The position numbers and the translations under genes were made by a program. A model generated the notes under the pieces. It saw only the letters and a list, made by a program, of their open reading frames with translations, was not told the DNA's origin and ran no database searches. Below, piece by piece: positions 39,076-53,394 of a stretch of 64,000 nt of DNA (the first letter of the stretch is position 1; every line of letters begins with the position of its first letter). This stretch comes from the human T2T-CHM13v2.0 reference genome, Homo sapiens: assembly GCF_009914755.1 (NCBI RefSeq), contig NC_060934.1; one strand, written 5' to 3'.

Positions 39076-40282
39076 CTTTAGACTTAAATCCATACCCAGA
39101 AGAGAATACACTGGAAGAGTTTAGCCAGGATGCTTCTCTTAGCCCCACTCTCATCCCTCACTGTCTCTAAGCAGCATGAGGCACAGTGATTGTGGACCCA
39201 TGGGCATGAAATGCCCCAGGAGACTGGAACATCAGTGGAATCCTGACACAGGCCCAACAGCATCAGGTATAAAGTAGGTGCTGGCTTCCAGCTGGCTACC
39301 CTTGGGTTGTTCCTGTGCCAACCTCTCTTCTACATTACAAATTCACAGTTCTCTGCTTTGGAGCTTCTGGAGAAATATGAAGCCAACCCTCATCTCTCTA
39401 CAGGCTGTGACTTCAGTTCTGTGGGGAATGAGCTACTCGCAGCGACCATGGGGCCACTGAGGCAACTTGACGTTTCACTCAATTCATACAAGGCTATTTG
39501 AATCTAAATTTCTCCAGCAGGACTCCATTTGGGCATTGTGACTCAGGGACATAACATGAAGAAAAAAGAGAAATGGCTGCACCGGTGAGTACTGAAAAAG
39601 CCTCAGAGACGTTTATCTATCATTCTGCCCAACCATTCGCTTATCTGTCCGCACACACCCACACATCCTTCTCCCAGGTCTGCCCTTGTCAAGGCTCTCT
39701 TTAATGGTATTGGGAGACACAGTGGAGGAAAAAACAAAATGCACAAGCCAACCAGTTCCAGTTTCCTACTACCAGAGCCCTTTGGGGGATGCCTTCAAAT
39801 GCTTAGATGGTGTCATGGCTACTTTTCAAAAGAATCCTCAATGGGATAATACTGAGTGTTTCTGTTTAGCACAAGGAAATTAATCAAGAGAAAAGAGCAC
39901 TTAGCTCCTCAAACTTCCTTTAAAACTGTTTAGAAAAATAAGACTTCCAAGTTGTTCCCCAATGGCAAGCAAAATACCTTTTAAATAAAAGTTGAATCAA
40001 AGTATAGTTTAGCTAGTATAGATAAGGTAAGTAAATAGCCCAGAAAGGCTGTTATCATTAGGTAAAGACTGAGTGCTGGGCCACCTACTTTCATCCTGTT
40101 GGCATCAACCTCCATTTTTAGATTGTACTTTTATGTGCTTTATGGACACTTTCCACTAATTAAGGTCCTTTGTACGACCAATTTGCACAGCATTGTAGGG
40201 GACCCTGATCTCTTTCCCTCCCCCTTTACCATCAGTACAAGACTCTCAGACAGTGCCACACTAAAGTATCCTTGGATCTCTC

Positions 40283-40549
<267 letters not shown>

Positions 40550-40564
40550 TAACACATGGCTTAC

Positions 40565-40630
40565 CTTTCCTGATGCTCTCTGAGGAAACGTAGAAATTCC
40601 CAGGCCGCTCTTGACTTTTTTCTGCAAAAA
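40565..40630 (-). CDS. PIK3AP1: PIK3AP1 exon ~11, (V)FAEKSQERPGNFYVSSESIRK(G)
   Basis: CATAG|TT acceptor; AAAG|GTAAGC donor; 66 nt, phase 1-1. Confidence 0.93.
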
Positions 40631-41637
40631 CTATGAGATAAAGAATATTCTGATTACTGAAAAATTATCAAAATCCAGTACAAAATAATAATAATAATGA
40701 ATCCATACCTAGGACCACCGTATGTGGTTCTGTAAATCAAAATTGTAGAAAGAGGCAATTAATGAGAAGGACTAGGAATTGTCAAGTAATGGCAGACTAA
40801 ACAGACACAATCTCAAACTAGAAAACCAAAGCTAGCCAGAGGACATGATCAGCATTTACAAGCTCATTGAAGAAAACGGTAATGGGAAAGGACATGTGCC
40901 TGGACCCCTGAGAACCTGAAGCTAGCCATGGAAAATGTGAGCCTTAAAATTAGAGAATAAAAGGAAGTACCACTTAAAATGCCAGCTAGTGCCATAAGAC
41001 AGAACTCTAAGCAGTAGAACAGCAAAATGTGTGCACAGCTCCAAAGAGATTAAGGTGAAGTCACTTACGAGGGACAGATTCATGAAGGTTAGGAGAGAAA
41101 ACTGGGACATGACAAAATCTCACTTAGTGGTAAGATGACATGGTGATTATGGCTCCCTGGGCTCTGAAAGAGGCTCTCTGAGTCCAAATACTAGCTCTGT
41201 GGCTTGTGAACCATATGATCTTGGACAAGTGGCTTGACCTCTTCCTGTCCCTATTTCTTATCTGTAGAATGAGGATGATAATAGTTCTTTCACTGGTTGT
41301 GATGAAGATTAAATGAGTTAATACATGGAAAGTGCTTAGAACAGTGTGTGGCCCATGTAAACACTCAGTGTTAGCTTTTATTATAATTATTCATATCTAA
41401 ACTTTGAGACTGTTGCCAATAGTCAGCAATACCTTGGCATGCTAGTTAACCCAAGGGATGGCTCTACAATGCCTTACAGTTTATAAAGTACTTCCTTCTG
41501 TATTATTTCATCTGACCTTCGCAATAAGGCTATGGCAGAGTATTAGTATGTATTATTAGGACATGTATTAATCTATACGTGTATTATTACAATATCCATT
41601 TTATAGATGAGGAAACTAAAGCTAAAAAGGGTGAAAT

Positions 41638-41770
41638 GGTCCAGACATGGTGGCTCATGCCCATAATCCCAGCATTTTGGGAGGCCGAGGCAGGAGGATT
41701 GCTTGAGCACAGGAGTTCAAGACCAGCCTGGGCAACACAGCAAGACCCTGTCTCAAAAAAAAAAAAAGAA
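41638..41770 (+). mobile_element. Alu monomer (FLAM-like) inserted in MIR
   Basis: Monomer with A tail; TSD ggtgaaatg. Confidence 0.8.
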
Positions 41771-42049
41771 AGGTGAAATGACTTACCCAACATCCTATGC
41801 TGAACAGCTGGAAAATGCAAGAGCTGAGAGATGAACCCAGGTGTTCTGGCATCCAAGCCATTGCCCCTTTTGTCATCTCCTGCCTCTCTCCTTTCCTTCG
41901 CTTCTCCACAGTTTCCTAGCAAGTCCATCAGGGCTCTTGAGGAATCACCTGTGCCCCTGTCCAAACACCTCCCTACAATGAGCCATGCCATCAGTACGGT
42001 TCCCTACTCCCTCTGCTATTTAGGAATTACCAGCATATATTTGCATGCT

Positions 42050-42555
42050 TCTTAGATTGAGTTCCCTCAGAAGCAGAACCCGAGACAAGGATTCAAGTGC
42101 AAGTTGTCTATTTGAGAGGTGATGGAGGTGAGACGGGGAAGTGGATGGTGCAATGAATGGTGGGCTATCAAGCAAGTTACACTGCGGGCAACCTAGGAAT
42201 GACTAGAACACAATGTAGAATGCGCAACTAAGAATTCTCCCACCGGAGGATGCAAGTAAGCTGGGGCACTCATCCATACCTCCTGTCAGGCACTGGTTGA
42301 GGGCAGCAACTCCGTGTGTTAATTCCCCAGTGCTTTCAACCTGTCCTATAAGAGGGCAGAGAAGGTGCCAGGTGCCAGAGGAAGCCCTCAGGCTGCAAGA
42401 CACAGATGCTGACAGGTAGGGTCCAGCCAATGAGCACAGAAATGCAAAGGGCTAGAGGGACATGGGCAAGAAAACAACAGTGTCTGCTGCTCATGCCAAG
42501 GAGATAATACCCAAGGAGACTGCAGGCCACAAGCACTGACAGCACCTGGCAGTAC
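42050..42555. mobile_element. Old LTR (MLT1/LTR16-type)
   Basis: gagttccctcagaagcagaacccgagacaaggattcaagtgcaag...gaagccctcaggc. Confidence 0.55.
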
Positions 42556-42587
42556 ATAATATCTCACAACTGTATTCCTACCCAGTT

Positions 42588-42710
42588 CAGGGTTGCTGGA
42601 TTTCACAAAACAAAAATGTGTGTACTATTTGGGACATACACTAAAAACTCATTTGCCATTTATTTGAAATTCAAAGTCAATTGGGCATCCTGCATTTTAT
42701 CTGGTAACCC
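42588..42710. mobile_element. MER53 (internally deleted palindromic hAT)
   Basis: cagggttgctggattt...tttgaaattcaaa...gggcatcctgcattttatctggtaaccc. Confidence 0.7.
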
Positions 42711-42844
42711 CAACCCAACTACCTAGGGCTCTGGGTGAATGCTACCTTCCCCAATTTATAATTCCCTTTTGCCACACCTCCAACAACATGATGATACCAT
42801 TGAAAAATAGAATATAGTTCCAGAGCACAGATCTGGCAATTCTT

Positions 42845-43130
42845 ATTTATTCTTTTTTCAGACAGAGTCTTGCTCTGTCACCCAAGCTGGAATGCAGTGG
42901 CTCAATCTCGGCTCACTGTAACCTACACCTCCCAGGCTCAAGCAATCCTTCCACCTCAGCCTCCTGAGTAGCTGGGACTCAGTGCGGGCCATCACACCTG
43001 GATAATTTTTTGTATTTTTTGTAGAGACGGAGTTTTGCCATGCTGCTCAGGCCAGTCTCAAACTCCTGGGATCAAGCAATCTGCCTGCCTCAGCCTCCCA
43101 AAGTACTGGGATTACAGGTATGAGCCACCC
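42845..43130 (-). mobile_element. AluJ-type
   Basis: Reverse Alu. Confidence 0.9.
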
Positions 43131-43799
43131 CTCCTCCTATTTCTAATACTCTTATAGTACTTGTAACCATATTATTGCAATCGAGTCGAAAAAATAGTGA
43201 AACTAACAATGCTATCAGTATCTAACTAATGTCCCAGGGATGATTAAGAAGTCAAAACCTTAATTTTTAATAACATGGGTAGATGGACAGCCTAGCATAA
43301 TGGCTAAAAGCCAGGGCTGTGAAATCAGACTCCCTGATTTTGGCTTCGCTATGCAATGGTTGAATGACCTCTGTAAAACCTCTATTTCCTCATCTGTAAA
43401 ATGAGATAATAATGGTCCTTACCTAATAGGTTATTGTAAAGATTAAATGGCGTGTTCCAGATAGAGCATTCTTGATAGATTTCAATAAATGTTAGCAATT
43501 CAAATTTCATAATAATATCAAGAAGGGTTTCAGGAGATAAAAATATATCAGGGGTCTTGTTTACCTGCCTTTGCAACTGTGCGTAAATACTTCCAGGAAG
43601 GCCAGCACTGACTCTGGTCATTACTCCTATTCTAGCTCCAGAATCTGTCCCAAGATATGACCCTGTCTCGTAGGGCTGGTTGAAGACCATTTAGAAGGGG
43701 ATAGTCTCTGAGCAATGGTTCAAAAAGCCAGGTCATCCAGGAAATCCCTGTTGAGAAGCTCCAAAGAACCAGTTGGACATCATTCCCTGCCATACTTGC

Positions 43800-43997
43800 C
43801 TTTAAAAATGTATGGTTCGTTGTCAGGCAGCTGGTGAGCACCAGGAGCAGTGGTCTCTGGTCTGGGCACTGGGACAGGGGGCCTGCTGGCCAAGTCCACA
43901 GAAAAGGCCTCATCGTCATCCACCGTGTGATAAACATCTTCTTCCTGACCAAGATGGCACTGATCTCTCTCCAGATTGGTCATTCCCATGCTGTTGC
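43800..43997 (-). CDS. PIK3AP1: PIK3AP1 exon ~10, (G)NSMGMTNLER...NEPYIFK, with GC donor
   Basis: TTCTAG|GC acceptor; AAAG|GCAAGT donor needed to keep frame into the next exon; 198 nt, phase 1-1. Confidence 0.92.
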
Positions 43998-44439
43998 CTA
44001 GAAACGCAGAGAAAGGTGACTGAAAGCAGTGGCCAAACAAACTGGGTGATCATCAGTCATAAAGCAGAGTGAGGGACCTTACTTTGTTTCCTCAGTGCTG
44101 CCCCCTGGCAAAGGACTTTCCCCAATATCACTTCCTGTATCGTCTGCTCAGAACACCACACAAAGCAACTGAGAAAACACTCATGTCACCTCCATTGACA
44201 CCCAGCGATGCAGTGAAAGGACATGAGCACAAGGCTTTATCATCTCTGTTTTACTGCTGGGATTCAGTTATTCATCCCATTAGAACTAGGGAAAGTCCTA
44301 GATGGGACTAACTGTCAAAGCCCTAGTTAAGAAAGGTGGGGCGTTCACTGCCAACTGTCCAATAAAAGTGGTACTTCTTATCTAGGGCTTGAAACAGACT
44401 GCCCAAGACTCCCCTCTCAGGGAAACTTTTCATTCTAGA

Positions 44440-44645
44440 GTTGGGGTCAGCACACATTTTTTTAAAGATCCAAATAGTAAATATTTCAAGTTTTGCAGGC
44501 CATAAAGTCTGTTGCAGGTACTCAACTGCTCTTGTGACATGAAAGCAGCCATATATAATACTAAATAAACGGTCCTGTTGTGTTCCAATAAAACTTTATT
44601 TATAAGACAGGCAGATGGCCAGGCTGTGGTTTGTCTACCACTGCT
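44440..44645. mobile_element. MER58A-like hAT
   Basis: atagtaaatatttcaagttttgcaggccata...gttccaataaaactttattta. Confidence 0.75.
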
Positions 44646-45489
44646 TTAGAGTTTTTTCCTTCCTCTTCACTGTGAAAATGACTTTTGTCCCCTTCTGAGT
44701 CCCATCCTCTTAGCACTCTGCTTTCTATATCTACTTGATCAACAGACCCCACCATACATTGCAAATGATTGGACAGGGTTAAAGAATTACCCACGCAATT
44801 TAACATCCTCCACCTTTGAAACCTTCAGTAATAATAACAACAATAATAAATCTTCATTAACTGCTTGTTATGTGCATGGTGGTGCTCTGAGACCTAATGC
44901 ATAATAACTCATTTAATTATCACAACATTTATCTCATTTTACAACGGAGGAAACTGAGTCCCAGAGGACTTGAATAACTTGCCTAAGGTTTTCCAGCTAA
45001 CTGGATGGGAAAATTGAGAATAGATCAGAGTTAATCTTCCTAACCACTATACAACACAGCCTCAACTTAGTATCTTTGTTTATATTTGCCTCCTTCACCA
45101 GCAAGTAAAGTCTCCTGAGGGCATTGATCATATCTTATTTTCCTTTGTATCTCCAGCCCCAACATCCAGAACAGTGATTTGCACATAGTAAGTACTCAAT
45201 AAATTTTGGCCAAATAAAAACAACAGATGCATTTAAAAAAAACTAGAGGCAACTTGTTTACCCAAACAAGTGGCTCCACTGGTTGGAACTCCTGGCCCAC
45301 CTCTAAAGGGCTGACGGGGGAGCTCAGGGTAGAGGGGTCGGGGGAGGCAGAGTGCCTTTATTCACATCACATGCCATGTATGCAGCAGCCCATTCCTTGA
45401 GGGGAGCAACCCTCATAGAGAACCAGACAATGTCTTGCATTTGTTTCTCTTTTGCTCTTTTGGCTTCCCTGCTCATGGCTATGACTTAC

Positions 45490-45585
45490 CTTCTAAAAAC
45501 TTGCGGATCATAGAGTCCTTAGTGGCCCGAGAGAAACCATCTCCAGGGATTGGGTTAGATGTACTGGCCTGAAGCATTTCAACAT
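45490..45585 (-). CDS. PIK3AP1: PIK3AP1 exon ~9, (Y)VEMLQASTSNP...RKFLE(G)
   Basis: TTCTAG|AT acceptor; GAAG|GTAAGT donor; 96 nt, phase 1-1. Confidence 0.95.
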
Positions 45586-45920
45586 CTAGAAGGAAAAGGA
45601 GACTAAGAGTTATATATTGGTCTCCTCCACAGGCAAGGAGATTTTTACAGATGGAACTATGAGGTTTGGCAACTCTCTTAAGAGATTCAAGCATTCATCA
45701 ATCTATCCATCCCTCCATCCATCCACCTACTCAAGGACACCCAGTAAGTGTGAGGCATAAAAGAGAGCAACGTGCCCAACCCTCAGGCTCTTCCTTGCAC
45801 CACAGGTCTCAAAGGGTAAAGATATGCTTATTTGCATTTGAAAGAATGGGTTCAATTTTGACATACTACATCATCCCATTGTTTATTACAGAAAAAAATG
45901 GAAGCAGGAATACATTGTGT

Positions 45921-45983
45921 TTTATATATACATATAAACATATATATACACACACACATATATACATATATATACACACACAC

Positions 45984-46035
<52 letters not shown>
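45921..46035. repeat. Compound (TA)n/(CA)n microsatellite
   Basis: Directly visible. Confidence 0.92.
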
Positions 46036-46036
46036 G

Positions 46037-46178
46037 GCAAGGTCTCAGGCTGGAGTGCAGTGGCTATTCACAGGCACAACTACAGCACACTCCAGCCTCG
46101 AACTCCTGGCCTCAAGCCATCCTCCCGCCTCAGCCTCCCAAGTAGCTAGGATTACAGAAATGCACCACCATGCCTGGT
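46037..46178 (-). mobile_element. FAM-like fossil Alu monomer
   Basis: Retains the 7SL-type segment gcagtggctattcacaggc. Confidence 0.7.
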
Positions 46179-46700
46179 TTACAAATTGTGGTCTATTCAA
46201 ACAATGGAACATTATGTAACAATTAAAAACAATGTACTGAAGCTATTTCTATCAACATAGTTACTTTTCAAAAACATAATGTTGAGTGAAAAAGTTACAG
46301 ACAGGTGTCATGGTATGATATTGTTTATATAAGGTTCTAAGGCCTACAAAAATATAGTACAAATTGTTTATGAATTCATAAATATGCAGTAAACACATAA
46401 ATATGCTGGGAATGATAAATAATGAATTTCTGGAAGTGGTTTACCTATGGAGAGGGAGAGAGGATAACTGGATTCCGGAGGGGGTTAATAGAGGACTATA
46501 ACTGGAACCATATTATTTAATTTTAAAAAAATCTGACATAAAGGAATAAAAAGGAAATACATATTCTTGAAGATTCTGATGAATCTGAAGATTCAGAATC
46601 TTCAAAAAATACAATATTTTAGATAATTAATATGCTACCCAAAGGGGGCAAAATTAGATTCTATTTTCATATTTGCTTATATACATAAAAAAGAAACTCT

Positions 46701-47123
<423 letters not shown>

Positions 47124-47671
47124 TTAATATCAGTGGTTTTCTGGGAACTGAAAAGATGGGGATAAGTAATACAGAAAGATATTCCACTGTTCATCTTCTT
47201 ATATTTTAGCTTTTCAGCCTATTCGAAAAAATAAAGAAATGCAGTATTCTGACATGTTTTTGTTACCTTATTATCCAAAAAACACACAAACAAAAAACAA
47301 CCTCCTTATTTCTACTTCTTCAGTTTATGTCTCCTGGCATAGTGGACGCGTTACATAAATATAATGTACCTTGATGTCCTCCAGTTCAGGGCACTACGAT
47401 TCCAAATGAGGAACCAGTAAATGAATCCCGCCCGCCTGTTCTTGTCACCACTGAATTCCATAACAGACTAGAAAGTTTAGGGTAATTGTACTAATCCTGA
47501 AGCATATCTAGAGATGCATTCATTATTTTAAACATATTCTGATAAGAACTCACGCCTAATTCATTCTTTAAAAATTCAAGACCAGAAAAATTCTACTTAT
47601 GTGAGACTTTCAGTTTAATTTGCTTAATTGTGTTTCACGGAACATTTTCCTCATGGAGTTAGAAAACTGGA

Positions 47672-47977
47672 GGCCGGGCACAGGGTATCACACCTGTAAT
47701 CCCAGCACTTTGGAAGGCTGAGGCAGGAAGATCGCTTGAGCCCAGAAGTTCAAGACCAGCCTGGACAACACAGTGAAACCCTGTCTCTATTAAAAAAAAA
47801 AAGAAAAAAAAATTGGCTGGGCATGGTGGTGCAGGCCTATAGCCCCATCTATTCAGGAGGCTGGGGTGGGAGAATTGCTTGAGCCCAAGAGATCTGGCTG
47901 CAGTGAGTTAGGATCACGCCACCGCACTGCAGCCTGGGTGACACAGTGAAACCCTGTCTCAAAAAAAGAAAAGAAAG
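47672..47977 (+). mobile_element. AluJ-type
   Basis: Full Alu. Confidence 0.9.
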
Positions 47978-48726
47978 ATGGGAAGGAACACATATTCTAC
48001 AGGTGTGTGCCCTGCTAAGAGCAGGACCCTCTTCTACCTGACCAAGACTCTGTACTGCCTTCCTTCTTCCCAATTCTTACCCCAATCTCCACTCCCACCT
48101 GCCTGACCTTGGGCCCAGTTAATTTTTGAAACTTCAGTTTGAAACTCATCATTAACCCAACAATGAAGCACCAAGGAACTTACCCCCAAGGGAAGACATG
48201 CTCGGGTCAGACACCCCTAAAGATGAGGGGAGGGAGAAACTCCACAGCCCTGTGGTCCAGCTTTATACTGCCCAGTGCTGAACCCTCTAGAAAACCATAC
48301 CTGTCTCAGGCCCCAGCATCTCCAAGAACCTTCTCCAGGGCATAGCAACCTCAGGACCATTTTAATCACTAATCACCAAATGTCCCAGGCTGATAATATC
48401 AGAGTGCAAACCTCACACAATCTGTCAACCCTGTTGACAGAGTGGTAAAAGCCTCATGCAATGGTCCAGCTATTTTCACTAACAACGTTCAATTTGAGAG
48501 AGTTGATTTGCATGTCGGAGAGGTAGGTGCAAAACTGAAGGAGCTATAAAGAGAATTTAGGGAAATAAAATGTGGAGGAAAATAGTAGAAGGAAGAGCAG
48601 TCCTGGCTGGGCCTGGCATGCTCATATATATGGATGCAGACTTCCACTTTGGGTACTATAACCCCTTTCCTAATGTGCTCATTTGGGGAGGAGTTAAAGA
48701 AAGAACTTAAAAAGAGAAAAGAACAA

Positions 48727-49050
48727 GCCAGGTGCAGTGGCTCATGCCTGTAATCCCAGCAATTTGGGAGGCCAAGGTGGGTGGATTGCTTGAGGTCAGG
48801 AGTTTTGAGACCAGCCTCATGGCAAAACCCCATCTCTACTAAAATACAAAAATTAGCTGGGCATGGTGGAGCGCACCTGTACTCCCAGCTACTCAGGAGG
48901 CTGAGGCAGGAGAACAGCTTGAACCCAGGAGGCGGAGGCTGCAGTGAGCTGGGATTAACACTACTACACTCCAGCCTGGGTGACAGAGCAAGACTCTGTC
49001 TCAAAAAACAAAACAAAACAAAAATAAAACAAAATAAAATAAAACAGAAA
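48727..49050 (+). mobile_element. AluS
   Basis: Full Alu with (AAAAC/AAAAT)n tail. Confidence 0.9.
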
Positions 49051-49074
49051 AGAATGAGCACCAGTAATGAGACT

Positions 49075-49530
49075 TAAGAACATCATGACTCCTTCCACCA
49101 AGAAGGGCATCATTTCTATGGCATTCTTGACAAAAATTCATAACCTCAGCCCAATTATAGAAAACATCAGACAAACTCAAACTGAAGAGCATTCTACAAA
49201 ATAACTGATCAGTGCTCTTCAAAAGTATCGAGACAAGGAAAGACTGAGTAACTGCTGCAAACCGAAGGAGACTGAGAAGAAATAACTAAATGCATTGTAA
49301 GATCCTAGAAAGGAGCACGGAACAGAAAAAGAGTATCAGTGGCACAACTAGAGAAATTTGAACAAGGTCTATAATTTAGTTAGAAGTATTGTGCCAGTGT
49401 AATTCCCTGCCTTTGGTAATTGTACTATGGTTATGTAAGATGTTAATACTACGGGAGCCTGAGTGAAAGGTATGTAAGAACTCTGATGTTTTTGCAACTT
49501 TTCTCTCTAAAAGTATTTCAAAATAATTTT
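49075..49530 (+). mobile_element. L1M (L1MC/L1MD-like) 3' fragment
   Basis: aaacatcagacaaactcaaactgaagagcattctacaaaataactga...gtactatggttatgtaagatgttaa. Confidence 0.7.
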
Positions 49531-50005
49531 TTTTTTTTTTTACAAAAAGGAGAGGAGGAACCACTATAGCAAAACTAAATAATCATAGCTCCTGAGGATG
49601 ACCCCATGATCCTCCTTTCTGTCTGCCTACACTATCAAGCTAAGTACCTTCCACAGACACTGTGGAGCACATGTGTGTGGATGCAATGATCGAGATGGTG
49701 CTAAATGAACCACTTGTGAAAAACAAATATTTTTACTTTACAGTCACACCTTAACTGGTGGTTAAGAGCAAGATTTTGGAAGCAACAATGTAGGTGGCTA
49801 AATATCAGCTCTGTGACTTGGTAGAGTTCTTTGGCCTCCTTGAGCCTCCCTGAGAGTGTCTCACAGGATGATTAGAAGCGTGGGCATTAGGATCGCAATG
49901 CATAGGTTCCAATTGTGTTTTTCCCACTTCTGGCTGTATTGACTACACATCCACCAGTCCAACACCAACCAGTATTTTTAGGTTCAATCGAACATTCAGA
50001 CTCAC

Positions 50006-50177
50006 AAGATGACCCTGGGACATGCTTGGCACCAGTCCACTCACAAAGATAAAGGACACAAGCTAGCAGGGCAGTGAAGAGAGCTGGTCTTCCTTTGAGC
50101 CAGTCCTTGCATCTGATCAGCAACTCAGATGCAAAGAGACAAGATCCATAGCAGGCCACGCTGGTGAAAAACCTCAT
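50006..50177 (-). CDS. PIK3AP1: Probable alternative first coding exon of a short PIK3AP1 isoform (MRFFTSVACY...KHVPGSS)
   Basis: ATG at 50177 (G at -3); 57 codons + 1 nt; donor TCTT|GTGAGT in phase 1 matches the exon ~9 acceptor and gives TAT (Tyr); I recall a database isoform with this N-terminus (unverified). Confidence 0.7.
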
Positions 50178-51834
50178 GTCCTACAAGAGCAATTTCTCTC
50201 ATAGCAACTCCAGAGGCGGAGCTTCCAGGGTCCCCATGAGAGGTATGCCAGAGTCAATGCCCTCAGGAAAGCCCAAAGAATGCTGTCCCTTTCAAGTATT
50301 TCTAGTTCCTGTACAGATCCTCCCAGTTCCAGATGCAATTTACCAATCAGGAGCCATTTTTATTGTAGGCAATGTTGCCTGGAAACATAGTTGACATTTG
50401 GCTCTTACCAGGTTACCGGGGTAACAGAGCTAGGAAGTCAACTGAAGGTCAAAATCTTATGCAGAAAGGGAAATTATAGCTATTATATTTTCTCTTTGCC
50501 CATAATTATCTTGGGCCAAGTTTTTAAAATCCTCTCAGCTTCTCTCTCTTCTTGTCTGTAAAATGGTGATAGTAATAGTACGTATCTCCCAGGTTTGTCA
50601 TGAGTATTAAATTAGGAGGTTGCCAAGTGCTTAGCACAGTATCTAGCACATAGGAAGTGCTGAAGGAATGCTAGCTACTATTATTACTATTACTGTTATT
50701 TTTATTGTTAAATTCTATACCCAGGCTAATGTCCTAAACAGAGAACAATTCAAAAAAGAGGATTCAATTTACACTTCTTTAAACAGGACCTTTATTTGTC
50801 TGAACCCAAGTTTTCTGCCTTCAAAGTAATGAATGCTTATGAGTTCATTGTAATATTTGAATTTCTACACATATTCTCAAATACTTCATTATTATATTTA
50901 GCCTAGTAAAAACTATGCCTACTCAATATATTTATATTTGAATATACCTAAAGTAAGGGAGGAATCTTCAGACAACAAACATCAATTCTTTACAATAGAG
51001 TTATTTATGGAAATCTGACTCACAGACAAGGCTAGCCAGGTGCATTTTCTTTATCATGGCTTCTGGACACTAAGTACTGGCTTGACAGAGCCAGCAGGCT
51101 TCTTCCCTCCTTGGTGAAGGGTCTGCCACTGTGGTCCAGACCAGACTTGGAGCTCCCATGCCCATTTGCCTTACACTTCCCTGACACCTATCACACTCTT
51201 TATTGGTGGCCCAAAAGTGAACACCAAGGGGCAATTCCAACAGCTCTTTCACCCCTGCTGGCACCACTCCGTGCCACCAGGACCATAGCGAGAGGCCAAC
51301 CTTCAGGACAGAGCCTAAAGCCAGACGATCCGAGGCACGGCTGGAAGAACATGATGGGGGCAAAGGTGCAGGGAGGAGAGAGGGGGTGGTCTCCAGACAC
51401 AGGGGAAGACCCGAAGTCAGGAGTAAAGGTACGGACAAGGGCTAGAGTCAATTGAACAGACTGCATGCAGGGAACAAACTTAAGTCAGAGAAAGGCAGCA
51501 GCTGAAACCAGGCAATTAATAGAGACCCAGGTGATGGCCACTGAGCAACCAGTGCAGGTCGGCATCACGATCAGAAGCATGGACTTTGATATCTTGGAGA
51601 CCTGGGTCCGAGCCCTGGCTCTGACTCTTACTAGCTCTGTGTCCTTGGGCAAGTCACTTGACATCACTAAGTTTCTATATCTCCATCTGTAAAGTGAGGA
51701 TAAGTAACAGTACCTACCTCATATGATGATCATTGGGGCCACAGGAGACAATGCTTACAAAATGCTTACTAACAGTGCCAGGCACTACATTTTCATGGGT
51801 ATCATTATTATTATATTGAGGCAACTTAGTTGGT

Positions 51835-52322
51835 ATATTAGTTTTCTGTGGCTGCTATGACAAATTACCATTTAAAACAACTTAAATTTGTTATCTTAGA
51901 GTTCTGTGGCTCAGAAGTCTGAAATAGGTCTCACTGGGTCAAAGTCAAGGTTTTGTCAGGGCTGCATTCCTTTCTGGAAGCTATAGAGGAGGATCTGTCT
52001 CCTTGTCCTTTCCAGACTCCAGAGGCCACCTGCACTCCTTAGCACTAGGCCGTCTTCTGCCATCTTCAAGCCTAGCAATATTGGGCAGAAAGCTTAGCTG
52101 AACTGAGTCCTCCCACTGATGCCGTCTCTCTGGTCTGTTTTCTGACGCCCTCTTCCACTTTTAAGGACCTTTTTGATTATATTGGGCTCACCAAGGTGAT
52201 CCAGGATTTTCTCCATATCTTGAAGTCAGCTGATTAGCAACCTTGATTCCATCTGTAATCTTAATTCTCCTTTGCCATGTAACCTAGCATACATACAGAT
52301 TCAGGGGCATTATTCTGCCTCC
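51835..52322 (-). mobile_element. MLT1C/D-type MaLR LTR
   Basis: attagttttctgtggctgctatgacaaattacca...cagaagtctgaaataggtctcactggg...ggggcattattctgcct. Confidence 0.8.
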
Positions 52323-52670
52323 CAAGAGGGACCCAAGCATCAGGCACAGTCAGCCTGCCATGAATTTCCTTCCCATACTGGGCCAGTGAAGGAAAGAGAG
52401 GACAGAAATTAGGGCACACTCAAGTGAGTCCATCATGTTTACACACAAACTGGGTAGCCTTGTTCTGATATAGACATTATTGAGTCTCTAGATGTGCACT
52501 GCCTTAAAAGAAGTTACCCAAAAATGATTTTTCCATTTATATTATAAAGAAAATGATTTTTAAAAATCTTTAGTTGAACATAAATATCTTTGTAGACCAG
52601 GAACAGCAGATGCCATACATGGGCCTCCGTGCCCCTATTCCATTTTCGTGGCAAACATCACTACCAATCA

Positions 52671-53394
<724 letters not shown>

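Noticed and set aside
46567-46606. Imperfect palindrome ttgaagaattctgatgaatctgaagattcagaatcttcaa
   Set aside because: Short, AT-rich and bulged; too small for a pre-miRNA and no supporting context.
48421-48441. Perfect 9-bp hairpin tctgtcaac-cct-gttgacaga
   Set aside because: About the chance expectation in 64 kb; no associated feature.
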